Origin: a virus
Taxonomy: Duplodnaviria > Caudoviricetes
Direction: 5' to 3' (one strand)
Length of the DNA: 46,757 nt
IMG/VR virus record: IMGVR_UViG_3300017700_000896
Coordinates: 1-46,757 of that record
Part shown: piece after piece, positions 1 to 9,309 of the stretch
Layout: each line of letters opens with the position of its first letter
Numbering within the stretch: the stretch's first letter is position 1
Translations under genes and position numbers: made by a program
The notes under the pieces: model-generated
Told to the model about the DNA's origin: nothing
The model's input: only the letters and a program-made list of their open reading frames with translations
Database searches by the model: none

Positions 1-123
1 GGCAAGCATGCCGGTGATTCCGGCGCGCTCCAAACCTGCAACAATCGCATTCGGGTTTTTCAAGCCCAGCTTCGCGCTCTTGCGCAGATCCTCGATGATC
101 TTTGGCTCAACCGATTTCACGCC
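1..123. repeat. Terminal direct repeat, left copy (identical to 46635-46757); assembly circularisation overlap
   Basis: Exact 123-nt identity of both ends; it interrupts a CDS that reads through the junction. Confidence 0.95.
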
Positions 124-321
124 GGGCACGAGATGCGGGCGCGGTGGAATGTTGTTTACCGGCGAGCCAAACTCGTTGATGTAGCCGATGGAGGCATTGG
201 TGATCGACTCGCCGCGCGAAGAGGCTTCACCGGGCACGCCGATATAGACGCGCTTCGTGGTCAAAGCGTCGATGTTTGCGAGCAATTTCGCAACGTCGTC
301 TTTGGTGATTTTTACGCTCAC
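1..321 (-). CDS. Neck/tail-completion protein (HK97 gp10-like), 5' part; continues into 46482-46634 (about 157 aa total)
   Basis: Translated by hand from GTG at 321 (GTGA overlap with upstream stop): MSVKITKDDVAKLL...INEFGSPVNNIPPRPHLVPGVKSVEPK, in frame with the 46482-46754 ORF. Confidence 0.8.
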   Translation of the reverse strand, partial: MSVKITKDDVAKLLANIDALTTKRVYIGVPGEASSRGESITNASIGYINEFGSPVNNIPPRPHLVPGVKSVEPKIIEDLRKSAKLGLKNPNAIVAGLERAGITGMLA

Positions 322-689
322 AACTGCACCGCACCTGCGCCGTACCTTCTGAGCATCGCTGAGAGCATCACGCCGTAGCGGGTGCCTGGATAGGCGATGC
401 TCTTCACGCTGTCGATGAATTTTGTGTCATAGCCGATCGACACATCACCGACTTTCTTTTGTGTGATGGCGCCACCGCCAACACCGGGATTGCCTATGCC
501 GTTGAGATGAGCGCTCGCCAAGTAATGGGCGGTTAGCAACTCAACGGCATAGGGTCTGGCATCGCCAAACCGCGTCTGGCTGATTTCGAGTTCCGCCAAC
601 GCCGCCCAAAATTCAACAACCGGATCTGGATAAGACCCGACCGTGAATTCAGGGAAGTGTTGGCGGAAGTCCGCCAGAACAAAGGCCAC
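318..689 (-). CDS. Head-tail adaptor (DUF4054-like)
   Basis: FRQHFPEF, LLTAHYL, K-VGDVSIGYD, T-YG motifs; lies after capsid genes. Confidence 0.8.
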   Translation of the reverse strand: MAFVLADFRQHFPEFTVGSYPDPVVEFWAALAELEISQTRFGDARPYAVELLTAHYLASAHLNGIGNPGVGGGAITQKKVGDVSIGYDTKFIDSVKSIAYPGTRYGVMLSAMLRRYGAGAVQL

Positions 690-1241
690 TTACTTGCCGC
701 TCTTTTTGGGAGCGGTTTTCTTGGCTGCAGCTTCTTCCTTTTTGACCTTGGCTGCGGCGTCCTTTTCTTCCTTCGCCTTCTTGGCTGCAGCGTCCGCAGT
801 TTCCTTGGCCGCGATCTCTTCCGCCGTCAGCTCGCGCTTGGAGGCGTTGGCGCTGTTGGACTTGCCGGCAGCAGCAACGGCGGCTTCGCCTTTCTCACGA
901 GCGTCCTTGGCGACCTTCTCGTTGTACAGGCCCACCAGCGCGCCACGATCGACTGGTTGCTTGGCCAGCCATTGCTCTTCCGACATGCCGCTGTCCTTGA
1001 ACGCGGCAAGCTCTTCGGGTTGGACGCGATCGCCAGCGGTTTCCGGGGATTGGCCATCGCCAAGGATCTCCAGCAAGCCTGCCTTGGCCATGTTCTCCGC
1101 ATACTCGCTTGCCGCGAGCACCGAAGCAGGGACGGCGTGATAAACACCGTCGCGCGCGGGACCGCCCACGGACGAGTAGCCGACCCCGGCCAACTCCGTG
1201 GACTGAAGGAATTTCACCTTCATGAATTTGTCTTTTGCCAT
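690..1241 (-). CDS. Hypothetical virion-associated protein with Lys/Ala-rich C-terminus
   Basis: 183-aa ORF with GGAG RBS, directly downstream of major capsid gene. Confidence 0.7.
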   Translation of the reverse strand: MAKDKFMKVKFLQSTELAGVGYSSVGGPARDGVYHAVPASVLAASEYAENMAKAGLLEILGDGQSPETAGDRVQPEELAAFKDSGMSEEQWLAKQPVDRGALVGLYNEKVAKDAREKGEAAVAAAGKSNSANASKRELTAEEIAAKETADAAAKKAKEEKDAAAKVKKEEAAAKKTAPKKSGK

Positions 1242-1273
1242 GTTGCTCTCCTGAAGTTTCGGGATCTGCCGGC

Positions 1274-2428
1274 TTAGAAGCCGTCAGCGTAACGAAGCGT
1301 CTCAGGCTTCGGGAACTCCATGGTGCCAAAACGGCAGTAGTACACAACGCGCTGGTACAGATCCTTGTACTGGACCGGCGTCGAGAGCATCGGCGACATC
1401 GGGATCCGCACGAAGTCTTTGCGCTTCGTGTAAGCGATCATGCGATCAGTCGGGCCAACGCCCGCGCCGGTCAGCTCGCGCATCGGGACCAGCTCCAGCG
1501 GTGCGCCGTTGGTGGTCATGGCAATGCTGTTTTCGGCCAGGTACTTGGCAATGGACATCGAGCCGTTGACGATCTTGCGCGACACCAGGTAAGCGAACTT
1601 GGCCGGTGGCAGGCCAAGGCGACGCGGCATCACGGTGTAGCCGGTCTGGGCCCACGCAGCGGTCAGCAGCGTGTTCAGATCCTGCAAGATCTCGTCGTCG
1701 GTCTTGTTGATCCACAGACGGCTGGTGGCGCCAGCATTCAGCGCAACATCGGTGGCGGTGATCAGCGTGCTGTTCACGAGGCCCTTGATGTTTTGCAGAA
1801 CGTCGCCGGTGTACACCTGGTTTTGCGTGTCCACGTTTTTCTTCATGTTCAGCGCGTCGAGCAGCGTTGCGTCGAGGTTGCGACCCAGCTTGGCGGCTTG
1901 GGCCAGCTCGATCACGGTCTTCTGCACGGCTTCCGCCCACACGAAGGTGGCAGCGGTTTTGCGCTCCATGTCGATGCCGACGTTGCCGATCTCCGTGGCT
2001 TTCGGTCCGATGAAGGACTTGCCAGCGGGTTGGACGCCGCCGACAGCGGTGTACTTCACGGCATCGAACGCGGTGGTTTCGTCACCGATGTCCAATGGGC
2101 CAATGTCCACGTCACGCGACCACGTGAATTCGGCCAGCGGCTGATTCAACACCGGATCGACGCGCGTCAGCTCCGTCTGGAAGAAGACGCCTGTCGAATC
2201 GATGGTGGCTTGGTCGAAGGTTTGCAGGATGCTCAGCGCCATGCCACTGGAGAACATCCATCCTTCGATCGCGCGGGCGACCGGCTGGAGCAGGCTCAGC
2301 GCGCCTTCATAGGCGAGCTTGGGGGCTTGATCCACGAAAGCTTTTGCCGCAGCAGCGGGCAGGGAGAAGGCCAGCGATGCGAGCGCAATGGTTGCAGCGA
2401 GCATCGAGGCGAAGCGGAATTTTTTCAT
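1274..2428 (-). CDS. Major capsid protein (DUF2184/encapsulin-like HK97 fold) with hydrophobic N-terminal extension
   Basis: TFD..TIDSTGVFFQTELTRVD start of family domain, DRMIAY, Y-DG terminus; AAGGA RBS; gene order. Confidence 0.9.
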   Translation of the reverse strand: MKKFRFASMLAATIALASLAFSLPAAAAKAFVDQAPKLAYEGALSLLQPVARAIEGWMFSSGMALSILQTFDQATIDSTGVFFQTELTRVDPVLNQPLAEFTWSRDVDIGPLDIGDETTAFDAVKYTAVGGVQPAGKSFIGPKATEIGNVGIDMERKTAATFVWAEAVQKTVIELAQAAKLGRNLDATLLDALNMKKNVDTQNQVYTGDVLQNIKGLVNSTLITATDVALNAGATSRLWINKTDDEILQDLNTLLTAAWAQTGYTVMPRRLGLPPAKFAYLVSRKIVNGSMSIAKYLAENSIAMTTNGAPLELVPMRELTGAGVGPTDRMIAYTKRKDFVRIPMSPMLSTPVQYKDLYQRVVYYCRFGTMEFPKPETLRYADGF

Positions 2429-2466
2429 GTCAGTTTCCTTGGTAGTTTCGAAGTGTTGCTGCGGGA

Positions 2467-2973
2467 TCAGTTGCCGACGCGGAAGCGGACTTCAGCGTTG
2501 CCGTCCGCGTCTGCTGCGCCCATGAATTGCGCGCCGACCAGAACCACGGTGTCCGCGCCGTCAGCAGCGGCCTCGATGCCGCCCAGCGGCTTGTCGGCGG
2601 TTGGAGTTCCGATGCGCATGTACACGATGCCTTCCTTGGCGGGCGTGCCGGCATTGTTCTTCACAATGATGTAGCCTTCCTTCATGACCGACACAGGGCC
2701 GGACAAAGGAGGGACGCCGACGCCGAACGCTTCATTGACGACAGCGCCACCTTGCGACGGGAACGAGCGAACCATGAAGCCGACGACGGAAGCCGACGTG
2801 CCAGCAGCAACGATCGGGCTCACGGTATCAGCGGCAGCGCCCAGCTTGACGGGCACGCCGTACAGGCCGACAGGCAGCGTGACGTTCTGGTTGTAGGATT
2901 CGACGATCGCGTGCGAGCGCGACAGATCGCCGGGAACACCCATGGGCATGGAGTTGGTGATGATTTGGGTCAT
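2467..2973 (-). CDS. Head decoration/cement protein
   Basis: MPMGVPGDLSR start, GFMVRSFP, GYI-V, GGIEA, ADADGNAE; between scaffold and capsid genes. Confidence 0.8.
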   Translation of the reverse strand: MTQIITNSMPMGVPGDLSRSHAIVESYNQNVTLPVGLYGVPVKLGAAADTVSPIVAAGTSASVVGFMVRSFPSQGGAVVNEAFGVGVPPLSGPVSVMKEGYIIVKNNAGTPAKEGIVYMRIGTPTADKPLGGIEAAADGADTVVLVGAQFMGAADADGNAEVRFRVGN

Positions 2974-2985
2974 GTCGTTCTCGCT

Positions 2986-4182
2986 TCAGAGTTTCGGGAT
3001 GGTGTGGATCTTCGCCGATTGCTCAGCGAAGTTGGCGTAAAAATCGACGGTCTGTTGATCGCCGGTTTTTGCAGGGTTGCCGTTTCCGCCGCCACCACCG
3101 GCCAGCGCGGCTTTGCGCGCGGCAGCGATCGAGGCGGAAGCGCCGTTGAAGATCACGTCCACGACTGCGGCATTGTCATACGCCGGAGCCTTGCCGCCCG
3201 TGAAGGCGTCGATCGCGGCCTTGCCGTCAGCGGTTGCGTAAGCGGTTTTCAGCGCTGCAACTTGAATTTCCTTCGTGTCGGCAGCGATGCCGGGCGCGAG
3301 GATTTCGGCCTTGGCGACGGTGGCCGCGTCGTTGGTCGTCTTCGCAGGCGACTTCAGCGCGGTGACTTCGGCAGTCACGGTGGCCAGATCGGTCGTCGCT
3401 TTTGCAAGCGCGGCCTTGGTGGTTGTGAGCTCAGCGGTGGCTGCATCGGCTACAGCTTGCGCGTCTTTCGCCTTCTTGTCGAGGGCGGCTTTTTCGGCTT
3501 CAAGGTCTTCTTTTTCCTTGGCGGATTTTTTCTTGAAGAGCTTGAATTCATCCGACGTTTCATCGCCATCGTCTGGCGCGCCGTCGAACACCTTGGACAT
3601 CATGGCCAGAAACTTTTCTTTGGCGGTGGACATTGGAATTTCCTTTGGTGCGCTGTCGAAGATTGCACACTCTGGGCCAGCGCGCCCGCGAGGTACTAGG
3701 GCAACGTGATTGCCCCGGATGTCGGTCTGCCGGGCACGTCCCGGCTTCAACTGTTTGTATTCTGCCTCATAACCGCACGACACTTCGCGAAGTTCGCGCC
3801 GCTCCACCTTGCCGATGGCCGTGGCGTCCGTGATCAGGAAGTCGGTGACGAGCTTGCCGAGCATGTCGCCCGTTCCGCGTCGAACATTGTTCAACGAGCC
3901 AACGGACAGCTCACGGTAATTGTGAGGCCCGACAAATTCTTTCGGGTGGTGGATCGTGATCGGCTTGCCCTCGAAGGAGCGAATTGTGTCTTCATGAAAC
4001 ACATCGTCTTCGGTCCGCTCAACAATAATGATGTCGTTGTTCCCGCGCGCGATGGTCGGCATCTCGCCGGGAAGGTACTGCAATTCACCAACGCGGGTGA
4101 TGGCGACATCCTGACACACAAGATACCCTTCAGGGGTCTTGTGCATCTTGTCGGAAAGTTTGGCCGTACAGTAGAAGTGCAT
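2986..4182 (-). CDS. Prohead protease-scaffold (DUF2213-like)
   Basis: TPEGYL, SFEGKPITIHHP, ELREVSCGY, GNHVALVPRGRAGPEC; coiled-coil Ala/Lys C-terminus. Confidence 0.9.
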   Translation of the reverse strand: MHFYCTAKLSDKMHKTPEGYLVCQDVAITRVGELQYLPGEMPTIARGNNDIIIVERTEDDVFHEDTIRSFEGKPITIHHPKEFVGPHNYRELSVGSLNNVRRGTGDMLGKLVTDFLITDATAIGKVERRELREVSCGYEAEYKQLKPGRARQTDIRGNHVALVPRGRAGPECAIFDSAPKEIPMSTAKEKFLAMMSKVFDGAPDDGDETSDEFKLFKKKSAKEKEDLEAEKAALDKKAKDAQAVADAATAELTTTKAALAKATTDLATVTAEVTALKSPAKTTNDAATVAKAEILAPGIAADTKEIQVAALKTAYATADGKAAIDAFTGGKAPAYDNAAVVDVIFNGASASIAAARKAALAGGGGGNGNPAKTGDQQTVDFYANFAEQSAKIHTIPKL

Positions 4183-4192
4183 GTTGGCGTGA

Positions 4193-4221
4193 ATTATGAC
4201 CGCAATTTTTTAGGCAGGCAA
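4193..4221 (-). promoter_or_regulatory. Sigma70-type promoter upstream of protease/capsid genes
   Basis: TTGCCT-N17-CATAAT on minus strand in a 44-bp intergenic gap; same boxes as 17896-17924. Confidence 0.65.
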
Positions 4222-4226
4222 ATAAT

Positions 4227-4967
4227 TCATTCTTCGAGATCCGGAAAGATCGGTTCAGCGAAACATCGACAGTTATAAATCTGCCCGGCGTGCGTCGTCG
4301 TGCCGTCGCTTAATGTTGGTGGTTGATCCCAGCGGACCACTTCCCCTTCCATCTCTGCATGGGACTCTCTCACAGCTTCGTCGCCCGCCGTCCGCCAAAT
4401 GTATGCCGTCGATCCAAGCGCCGCCGATCGCGCCTGCGTCATCGTGCTGTTGGCCTTGGCGATCTCCGTTCGAGCGATGAGCATTGCGCGCGCTTCGGTG
4501 ACGCGGCCAATGTTGCGCAGATCGCCTGCAACGTCTTCCGCGCGGCGACCGTTGATTGTGGCGTCCACCGCGAGTTGTTGCGCGCGCTCGCCCGCCTTGA
4601 TCGGAAGGGATCGGATCAGCGAGACTTGCTCGCCTTGCAACGCAACCGCCGCGCGTCCAACTGCTGAGTCGCCGACCAGCGCCCGATAGCCCTGCGCAAA
4701 CTTTTTGTTCTCAGCGCGCCACGCCCGCTTGTCGCTCGCTTGGACCTTCTCCAACATTGCTGCGGCGATGCGACTGGCCCACGGCCCGATGGCGTCTGAA
4801 TAGGCTTGCAGTTGCTTTAGCAGCGCGGGAAGTTGCGGGATCGTCGCGCCTTCAATGTATGGCTCGATGATCGACGCGACGGCGCGCGCGACCCGGCGCA
4901 ACGCCCGCTCATATTCCTGTTCAGCGAGCTTGGGCGCTTCGAACTTGTTACGCCGCTTGCTGGCCAT
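4227..4967 (-). CDS. Head morphogenesis protein (SPP1 gp7 / Mu F-like)
   Basis: LIARTE, YIWRTAGDEAVRESH, HAGQIYNCRC motifs. Confidence 0.92.
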   Translation of the reverse strand: MASKRRNKFEAPKLAEQEYERALRRVARAVASIIEPYIEGATIPQLPALLKQLQAYSDAIGPWASRIAAAMLEKVQASDKRAWRAENKKFAQGYRALVGDSAVGRAAVALQGEQVSLIRSLPIKAGERAQQLAVDATINGRRAEDVAGDLRNIGRVTEARAMLIARTEIAKANSTMTQARSAALGSTAYIWRTAGDEAVRESHAEMEGEVVRWDQPPTLSDGTTTHAGQIYNCRCFAEPIFPDLEE

Positions 4968-6459
4968 CGCCCGGCTTCACGGTTTTGTCGCCCTGCTTGG
5001 CGTTCGGATCGGCCACGATCGGCGGTGGCGGCTTCGGCAGGCCGGTCAGCGGATCGAGATCGCCGCCAACGGGCGGATCCTCCTTCGCGGCCTTCACCAT
5101 CGCAATGGCCTCGTCGATCATCGTCTGATCAATGTTTCCGAACATCGATGTGAGCTCAGCGACGGCTTGCAACTCCATCATCGCGGTTGGCCTGTCGATG
5201 AGGTTTTCACCGTAGGCTTCGACAATCGTCTTCACCATCCGCTCAGCAGTCTCAGCACGCTCTTTCGCGTCGAGTTGTTTCAGCGGGTTGAACGAAAAAT
5301 CGAAGTCGTCTTCAGGCGCGGATCCGATCGTGGACCAATGCAGCACGTCGAGCAGTTTTTGAAGGCCAAGGCGCAAGCGCGATTCCTGTTGCTGAGCGAT
5401 GTTGTCGTTGTACATCCGCATGTCGCTCTCGCCCGTCGAATTCAGACCAGCAGGCGACTGTCCCATCAAGCGGACCAGCGGGATCCCGGTTGCGCCGGAG
5501 ATCTGTTGAGCGAATTGCGTGATGATCCCCTCCACGCCGCTGAATGTGTAGCTGTGGGCCTCGAACTTGTCTGTTGCATCGAGCAGCGTGACGCCTTCGG
5601 TGCTCTGCAGACGGCCCATCAGGTAGAACATTTTGATCAAGTTCTCTTCCGCAATGCCGCCTTGCGCAAGGATCTCGCGAAGCCCTTCAACTTGGACGGT
5701 CCGGAGATGCGCCTTGCTCATCAGTTGCGCCGCGCCCGCCGTCGCCGTGTCGAAAGGCAGCAGCCGGTCATACAAGCGCTCCACGATCGAAGCGCCCCAG
5801 AACTCTTCCCGCTCGCTCTCATAGTAGGGCAGCTCAATGCCGATCTGGCGGATCACGCGCGAGTGGTGGATGGTCAAGCCAAGGCGGCTGATGTTGTAGT
5901 ATTCCGGCAAGCCCATCTGCATGCCGTCCATGATCTTGTACGTGAGGTTGGGGGCAGCGCTCCAACGGTCGAAGACCTTCAAGCCTGTGAACTGTCCCTT
6001 GCCGATCGTCTCCATGCGCAACGGCGAGCGAAGGTCTTGCCCGTCGATCATCATCACCGCGATCGAGCCGCCATACAAGCGGCCCCACTTAATGTTTTGT
6101 GTGATGCCTTGCCACAATCCCATCCGCGTCATCTGGCGCTGCATCTTCGCGGCATTCTCCGGCTTGATGCCCATCAGCGAGATCCCCGCGCGCGTCATGT
6201 CTTCGGCCACCGCATCGACGGCCTGACCGACGATCCACGAGCTTCTGTACATCGCATCAAGCTGCGGATAATTCCTGCTGATGCGAGTGTTTGTGTATCC
6301 ACCGCTTTGGACCGTCGATCCTTCACCAAGCTTTAGCAGCAAATTCTGGAAGCCGTCCATTGTCCGGGCAGGCGTTACGGCGGGCGCGCCGACGATAGGG
6401 GCAGCGGGCGCTGCGTCGCGGGCTTGGGCGGCTTGCGCGCGCCGTTGATGTCGATTCAT
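4948..6459 (-). CDS. Portal protein (DUF1073-like)
   Basis: AMYRSSW..VDAVAEDMTRAG, WGRLYGG, IHHSR, GIPLVRLMGQSPAGLNSTGESD; follows terL. Confidence 0.92.
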   Translation of the reverse strand: MNRHQRRAQAAQARDAAPAAPIVGAPAVTPARTMDGFQNLLLKLGEGSTVQSGGYTNTRISRNYPQLDAMYRSSWIVGQAVDAVAEDMTRAGISLMGIKPENAAKMQRQMTRMGLWQGITQNIKWGRLYGGSIAVMMIDGQDLRSPLRMETIGKGQFTGLKVFDRWSAAPNLTYKIMDGMQMGLPEYYNISRLGLTIHHSRVIRQIGIELPYYESEREEFWGASIVERLYDRLLPFDTATAGAAQLMSKAHLRTVQVEGLREILAQGGIAEENLIKMFYLMGRLQSTEGVTLLDATDKFEAHSYTFSGVEGIITQFAQQISGATGIPLVRLMGQSPAGLNSTGESDMRMYNDNIAQQQESRLRLGLQKLLDVLHWSTIGSAPEDDFDFSFNPLKQLDAKERAETAERMVKTIVEAYGENLIDRPTAMMELQAVAELTSMFGNIDQTMIDEAIAMVKAAKEDPPVGGDLDPLTGLPKPPPPIVADPNAKQGDKTVKPGDGQQAA

Positions 6460-7943
6460 ATGATGCCTTTCCAGATGTCTAGCTTGCCTGACCCCGCGAT
6501 CATATCTTCAATCGCATCACACATCGGATCAATTTGGTCGTCGAAAGAATGCGTGTCGTCTGCCGTGAACTCTTCGGCCTCAGCGAGAAAGTCGCTGACC
6601 CATGGGGCTTCGAGCGGAATATAAACATAACCGGATTCGATGTATGGGATGGCGTCGCTGACGCGCGTGTACTTGTCCTTGTTGCGCTCTTTGCCGAGAA
6701 TCGGGATGACGCCCTTGAACCGTCCTTCACCAGACGGCGACGTGCGGATGTCTTGAATCAACCCGGTCCCGCTGGCCTTGTCTTCCACGACCATTTGCCG
6801 CAGCAACCCCAAGCCGTCTTCGGGCATCGCTTTATGTTTGTTCCAGAAGTCCACTGCCCGGCGCTTAAGCTCCGGCGCTTCCCACTTCCCACGGATGAGA
6901 TCGATGAGATATGCCTTGCCGTCTTCGCCCTTGCCCCAGCATTCGAAAACGCTGTAATCGTTGTGCTCTTTCGTCTTCATCGCGGTGTCGGCGAAGATCT
7001 TGCGGTAAACGATTTTGGGCAACACGGTGTAGCGCTTGAACCATTCGCCCTTGATGATGTCGCCGCCTTGGACCGTCGGGTTTTGTTGGTAAAGCGCGCC
7101 CCAGTTGCCGGCGCTCATGATGCCCTTGCGCTCCAGCAAGAACTCCAACGACTTGAGCTCAGGGAAAAGGGGCTCACCCTCCTTGCGGTTGCGCTGGTCG
7201 TTGGCCGTCCGCTTGCCTTGCGCGATCGCGGGATATTTGAACGTCTTCACCGTCGAGTCGATCGCCTGCAAGCGCCCAATCGGATCGTCGAGATGCCACC
7301 GCGTCAGGATAGACAACAGCCCTGCTTCCTCTGAGAAGCGGCTGAAGAAGTCGTCCGTGAACCAGTCCCACGTTGCGTCGCGAACGACTTGCGAGCCTGC
7401 CGCCTCACGACCTTTGATCGGATCGTCGATCACGCCAAGGTCCAAGCCCTCACCGGTGATGGAGCCACGAACGGTGGTGTTCCTGAAATAGCCTTCGCGC
7501 CCGACATACTCGATGATCTCGCGGTTGCGCAAGCTTTGCGACGAGACAGTGACGGCGTTCGATTGGTTGATGATCGTGTCCGGGAAAACCTTCTTGTACT
7601 TCTCGCTGTCGAGGATCCGCTGCATGCGCAAATTTCCCCGCACGCCCAAGCGTTCTGAAAACGACGTGTAGATTGTTCTTTTGTCGGGATGTTTTCCGGC
7701 GAGCCACGCGATGAAATCGAGGATCTGGAAAGACTTGCCGTGTTGCGGTGGCGCTTCGATCACATACTTCGGGCGCGCTCCGGCGATCAGCTCATCATAA
7801 AAATCGCTCAAGACGTTGGAGATCTCGCGCTGCCACCATCCCAGCTTCAACGAGGGATTCATGTATTGCCGGAATGCCCAGAAGTCTTCGCGCGCTTCCA
7901 GAACAGCGATCTGTTCGAGCAGGTCGAGATCGTCGCGATTCAT
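6456..7943 (-). CDS. terL: Terminase large subunit
   Basis: Walker A PPQHGKS, Walker B VIDDP, TRWHLDD, ALYQQNP, nuclease DTA..K..NDYS and DDQID. Confidence 0.96.
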   Translation of the reverse strand: MNRDDLDLLEQIAVLEAREDFWAFRQYMNPSLKLGWWQREISNVLSDFYDELIAGARPKYVIEAPPQHGKSFQILDFIAWLAGKHPDKRTIYTSFSERLGVRGNLRMQRILDSEKYKKVFPDTIINQSNAVTVSSQSLRNREIIEYVGREGYFRNTTVRGSITGEGLDLGVIDDPIKGREAAGSQVVRDATWDWFTDDFFSRFSEEAGLLSILTRWHLDDPIGRLQAIDSTVKTFKYPAIAQGKRTANDQRNRKEGEPLFPELKSLEFLLERKGIMSAGNWGALYQQNPTVQGGDIIKGEWFKRYTVLPKIVYRKIFADTAMKTKEHNDYSVFECWGKGEDGKAYLIDLIRGKWEAPELKRRAVDFWNKHKAMPEDGLGLLRQMVVEDKASGTGLIQDIRTSPSGEGRFKGVIPILGKERNKDKYTRVSDAIPYIESGYVYIPLEAPWVSDFLAEAEEFTADDTHSFDDQIDPMCDAIEDMIAGSGKLDIWKGII

Positions 7944-8752
7944 TTGCGCTTGTCGAAGATCGTTGTCGGAAGTCCGCGAGCCTTCGCCACCGCTTTAAGC
8001 TCTTCAAGCCCCAGTGGCTCGCTGTTGAGGTTCGTGTTGGTGTTTTCATTTTGCGACTTCACATTGGCGTCGATGATTTGCTTGAACATGCCGTAATGCT
8101 CGCCCAGCATCTTCATCGCGCCGTCTTGCGAGCGCGTCAGAATCTCGATGCCGTTCTTTGTCTGCTTCACGCCCGCGTAGAGACGACGGGCAGGGCCGGT
8201 CAGCTTGCGCGAGTCTTGGATGAACAAATCTTCAACGCCTTCACCCTCGCACACCGGGCAATCGGCGACCGGATCCGCGTTGTTCTTGAAGCCGTAGCCG
8301 CCATCATCGGTCGGCATTGGCTTGGTGAATTCTGTTTGCTTCGTGGCTCGCTGCATCCGATCGTGGTGAGCTTCCTTCGCGGCCTCCCAATCGTCGATGG
8401 CTTTGTGAAACTCGCCCAAATGTTTCCACTGGTATTTATGTTCGATGCCGTTGCAGTAGCGGCAGTTGAGACGACGAAACTGCATGAGATCGTTCGGATC
8501 GGCCTGAACAATGTCAGCGAGATGCCGCACGATTTCCGCCGCGTCAATTTCTGCCCTGGCCAACACACGGCTGTTCAACTCTTCTAGCCTTGATTTGACC
8601 TTGGCGTCTTTCATCAACCCGCACGCCGCCTCGTGTACAGATTTTGCCGTCATGTTCTCGGCATTGAAAGCTTTTCTGTACGCAGCTGATTGGTTCTTCA
8701 ATTTGACCATCGCTTGACAGAAAGCTTCGCGCTTGGGTGTGAGTTTTATCAT
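7940..8752 (-). CDS. terS: Terminase small subunit with inserted Zn-finger
   Basis: LTPKREAFC...SAAYRKAF HTH start, YAGVKQTKNGIEI, LGEHYGMF; ATG 8752 overlaps upstream stop (ATGA). Confidence 0.88.
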   Translation of the reverse strand: MIKLTPKREAFCQAMVKLKNQSAAYRKAFNAENMTAKSVHEAACGLMKDAKVKSRLEELNSRVLARAEIDAAEIVRHLADIVQADPNDLMQFRRLNCRYCNGIEHKYQWKHLGEFHKAIDDWEAAKEAHHDRMQRATKQTEFTKPMPTDDGGYGFKNNADPVADCPVCEGEGVEDLFIQDSRKLTGPARRLYAGVKQTKNGIEILTRSQDGAMKMLGEHYGMFKQIIDANVKSQNENTNTNLNSEPLGLEELKAVAKARGLPTTIFDKRK

Positions 8753-9009
8753 GGTGTGGATTGTCCCGCTTTCTTGCTGTATCGGGTTAGATTTTTGCGC
8801 CCGACCTTCCACCGACCATCTTTTGTTTTAGGATTTTTGTCGATCTCATAACCGCACGCTGCCATGCCTTCGCAAAAATGGGCTCGCGCTTGGTGGGCTT
8901 TCATATTCGCTGGAATCGGGATCTCGTTGCTGAGAATGTTCTCAGGACTTCCAAGCTCTTGCACGGCGCGCTCGATCCATCCAAATCTGAGCTTCAAATA
9001 ACCTTCCAT
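8749..9009 (-). CDS. 86-aa stand-alone paralog of the primase-helicase C-terminal domain
   Basis: GGAGG RBS before ATG 9009; 18/38 ungapped identities with the C-terminus of 9310-11505. Confidence 0.8.
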   Translation of the reverse strand: MEGYLKLRFGWIERAVQELGSPENILSNEIPIPANMKAHQARAHFCEGMAACGYEIDKNPKTKDGRWKVGRKNLTRYSKKAGQSTP

Positions 9010-9034
9010 TTCAGCCTCCAAAATTCCAATTATA

Positions 9035-9171
9035 GGTCCGTGCTTGACACCCGCTAGTCCGCGCTACCTATACGCTCCTAGCAGAAATAGTTAATACCCA
9101 CTTTGCCCTTTATTTTTTATTTATTTTTAAGCTCTATACCAGCGCGGACTAGCGGTATGCAGGCACGGACC
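9035..9171. repeat. Bipartite inverted repeat flanking an AT-rich spacer; candidate replication origin/operator
   Basis: GGTCCGTGC-N7-CCGCTAGTCCGCGCT (9035-9065) and its reverse complement (9141-9171), 75-bp spacer with long A/T run; partial third copy 9219-9230. Confidence 0.85.
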
Positions 9172-9309
9172 GTTTTCCAAAAAGTCGTTGCCGTGCAATA
9201 ACTTAGGACGCTTTCTTAAGTCCGCGCTACTTATTACTAAACGTAACCGTCATTTCTCCATGCGGAAAATTCGTTGCAAATTCGTAACTATTCAAACGCT
9301 CGATTGAGG

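Noticed and set aside
1-123. Terminal repeat as a biological DTR or att site
   Set aside because: It falls mid-gene and the ORF reads through; typical assembler overlap
1235-6336. Long antisense ORFs (e.g. 1235-2674, 4855-6336; also 18654-19982, 29275-30819, 43704-45551)
   Set aside because: Shadows of GC-rich coding strands; no motifs or RBS
4948-6459. Anti-CBASS Acb1 label sometimes attached to DUF1073 proteins
   Set aside because: Position and motifs indicate portal; no 2H-phosphoesterase HxT pair seen
9044-9076. Plus-strand TTGACA promoter
   Set aside because: No properly spaced -10 box and no downstream plus-strand gene
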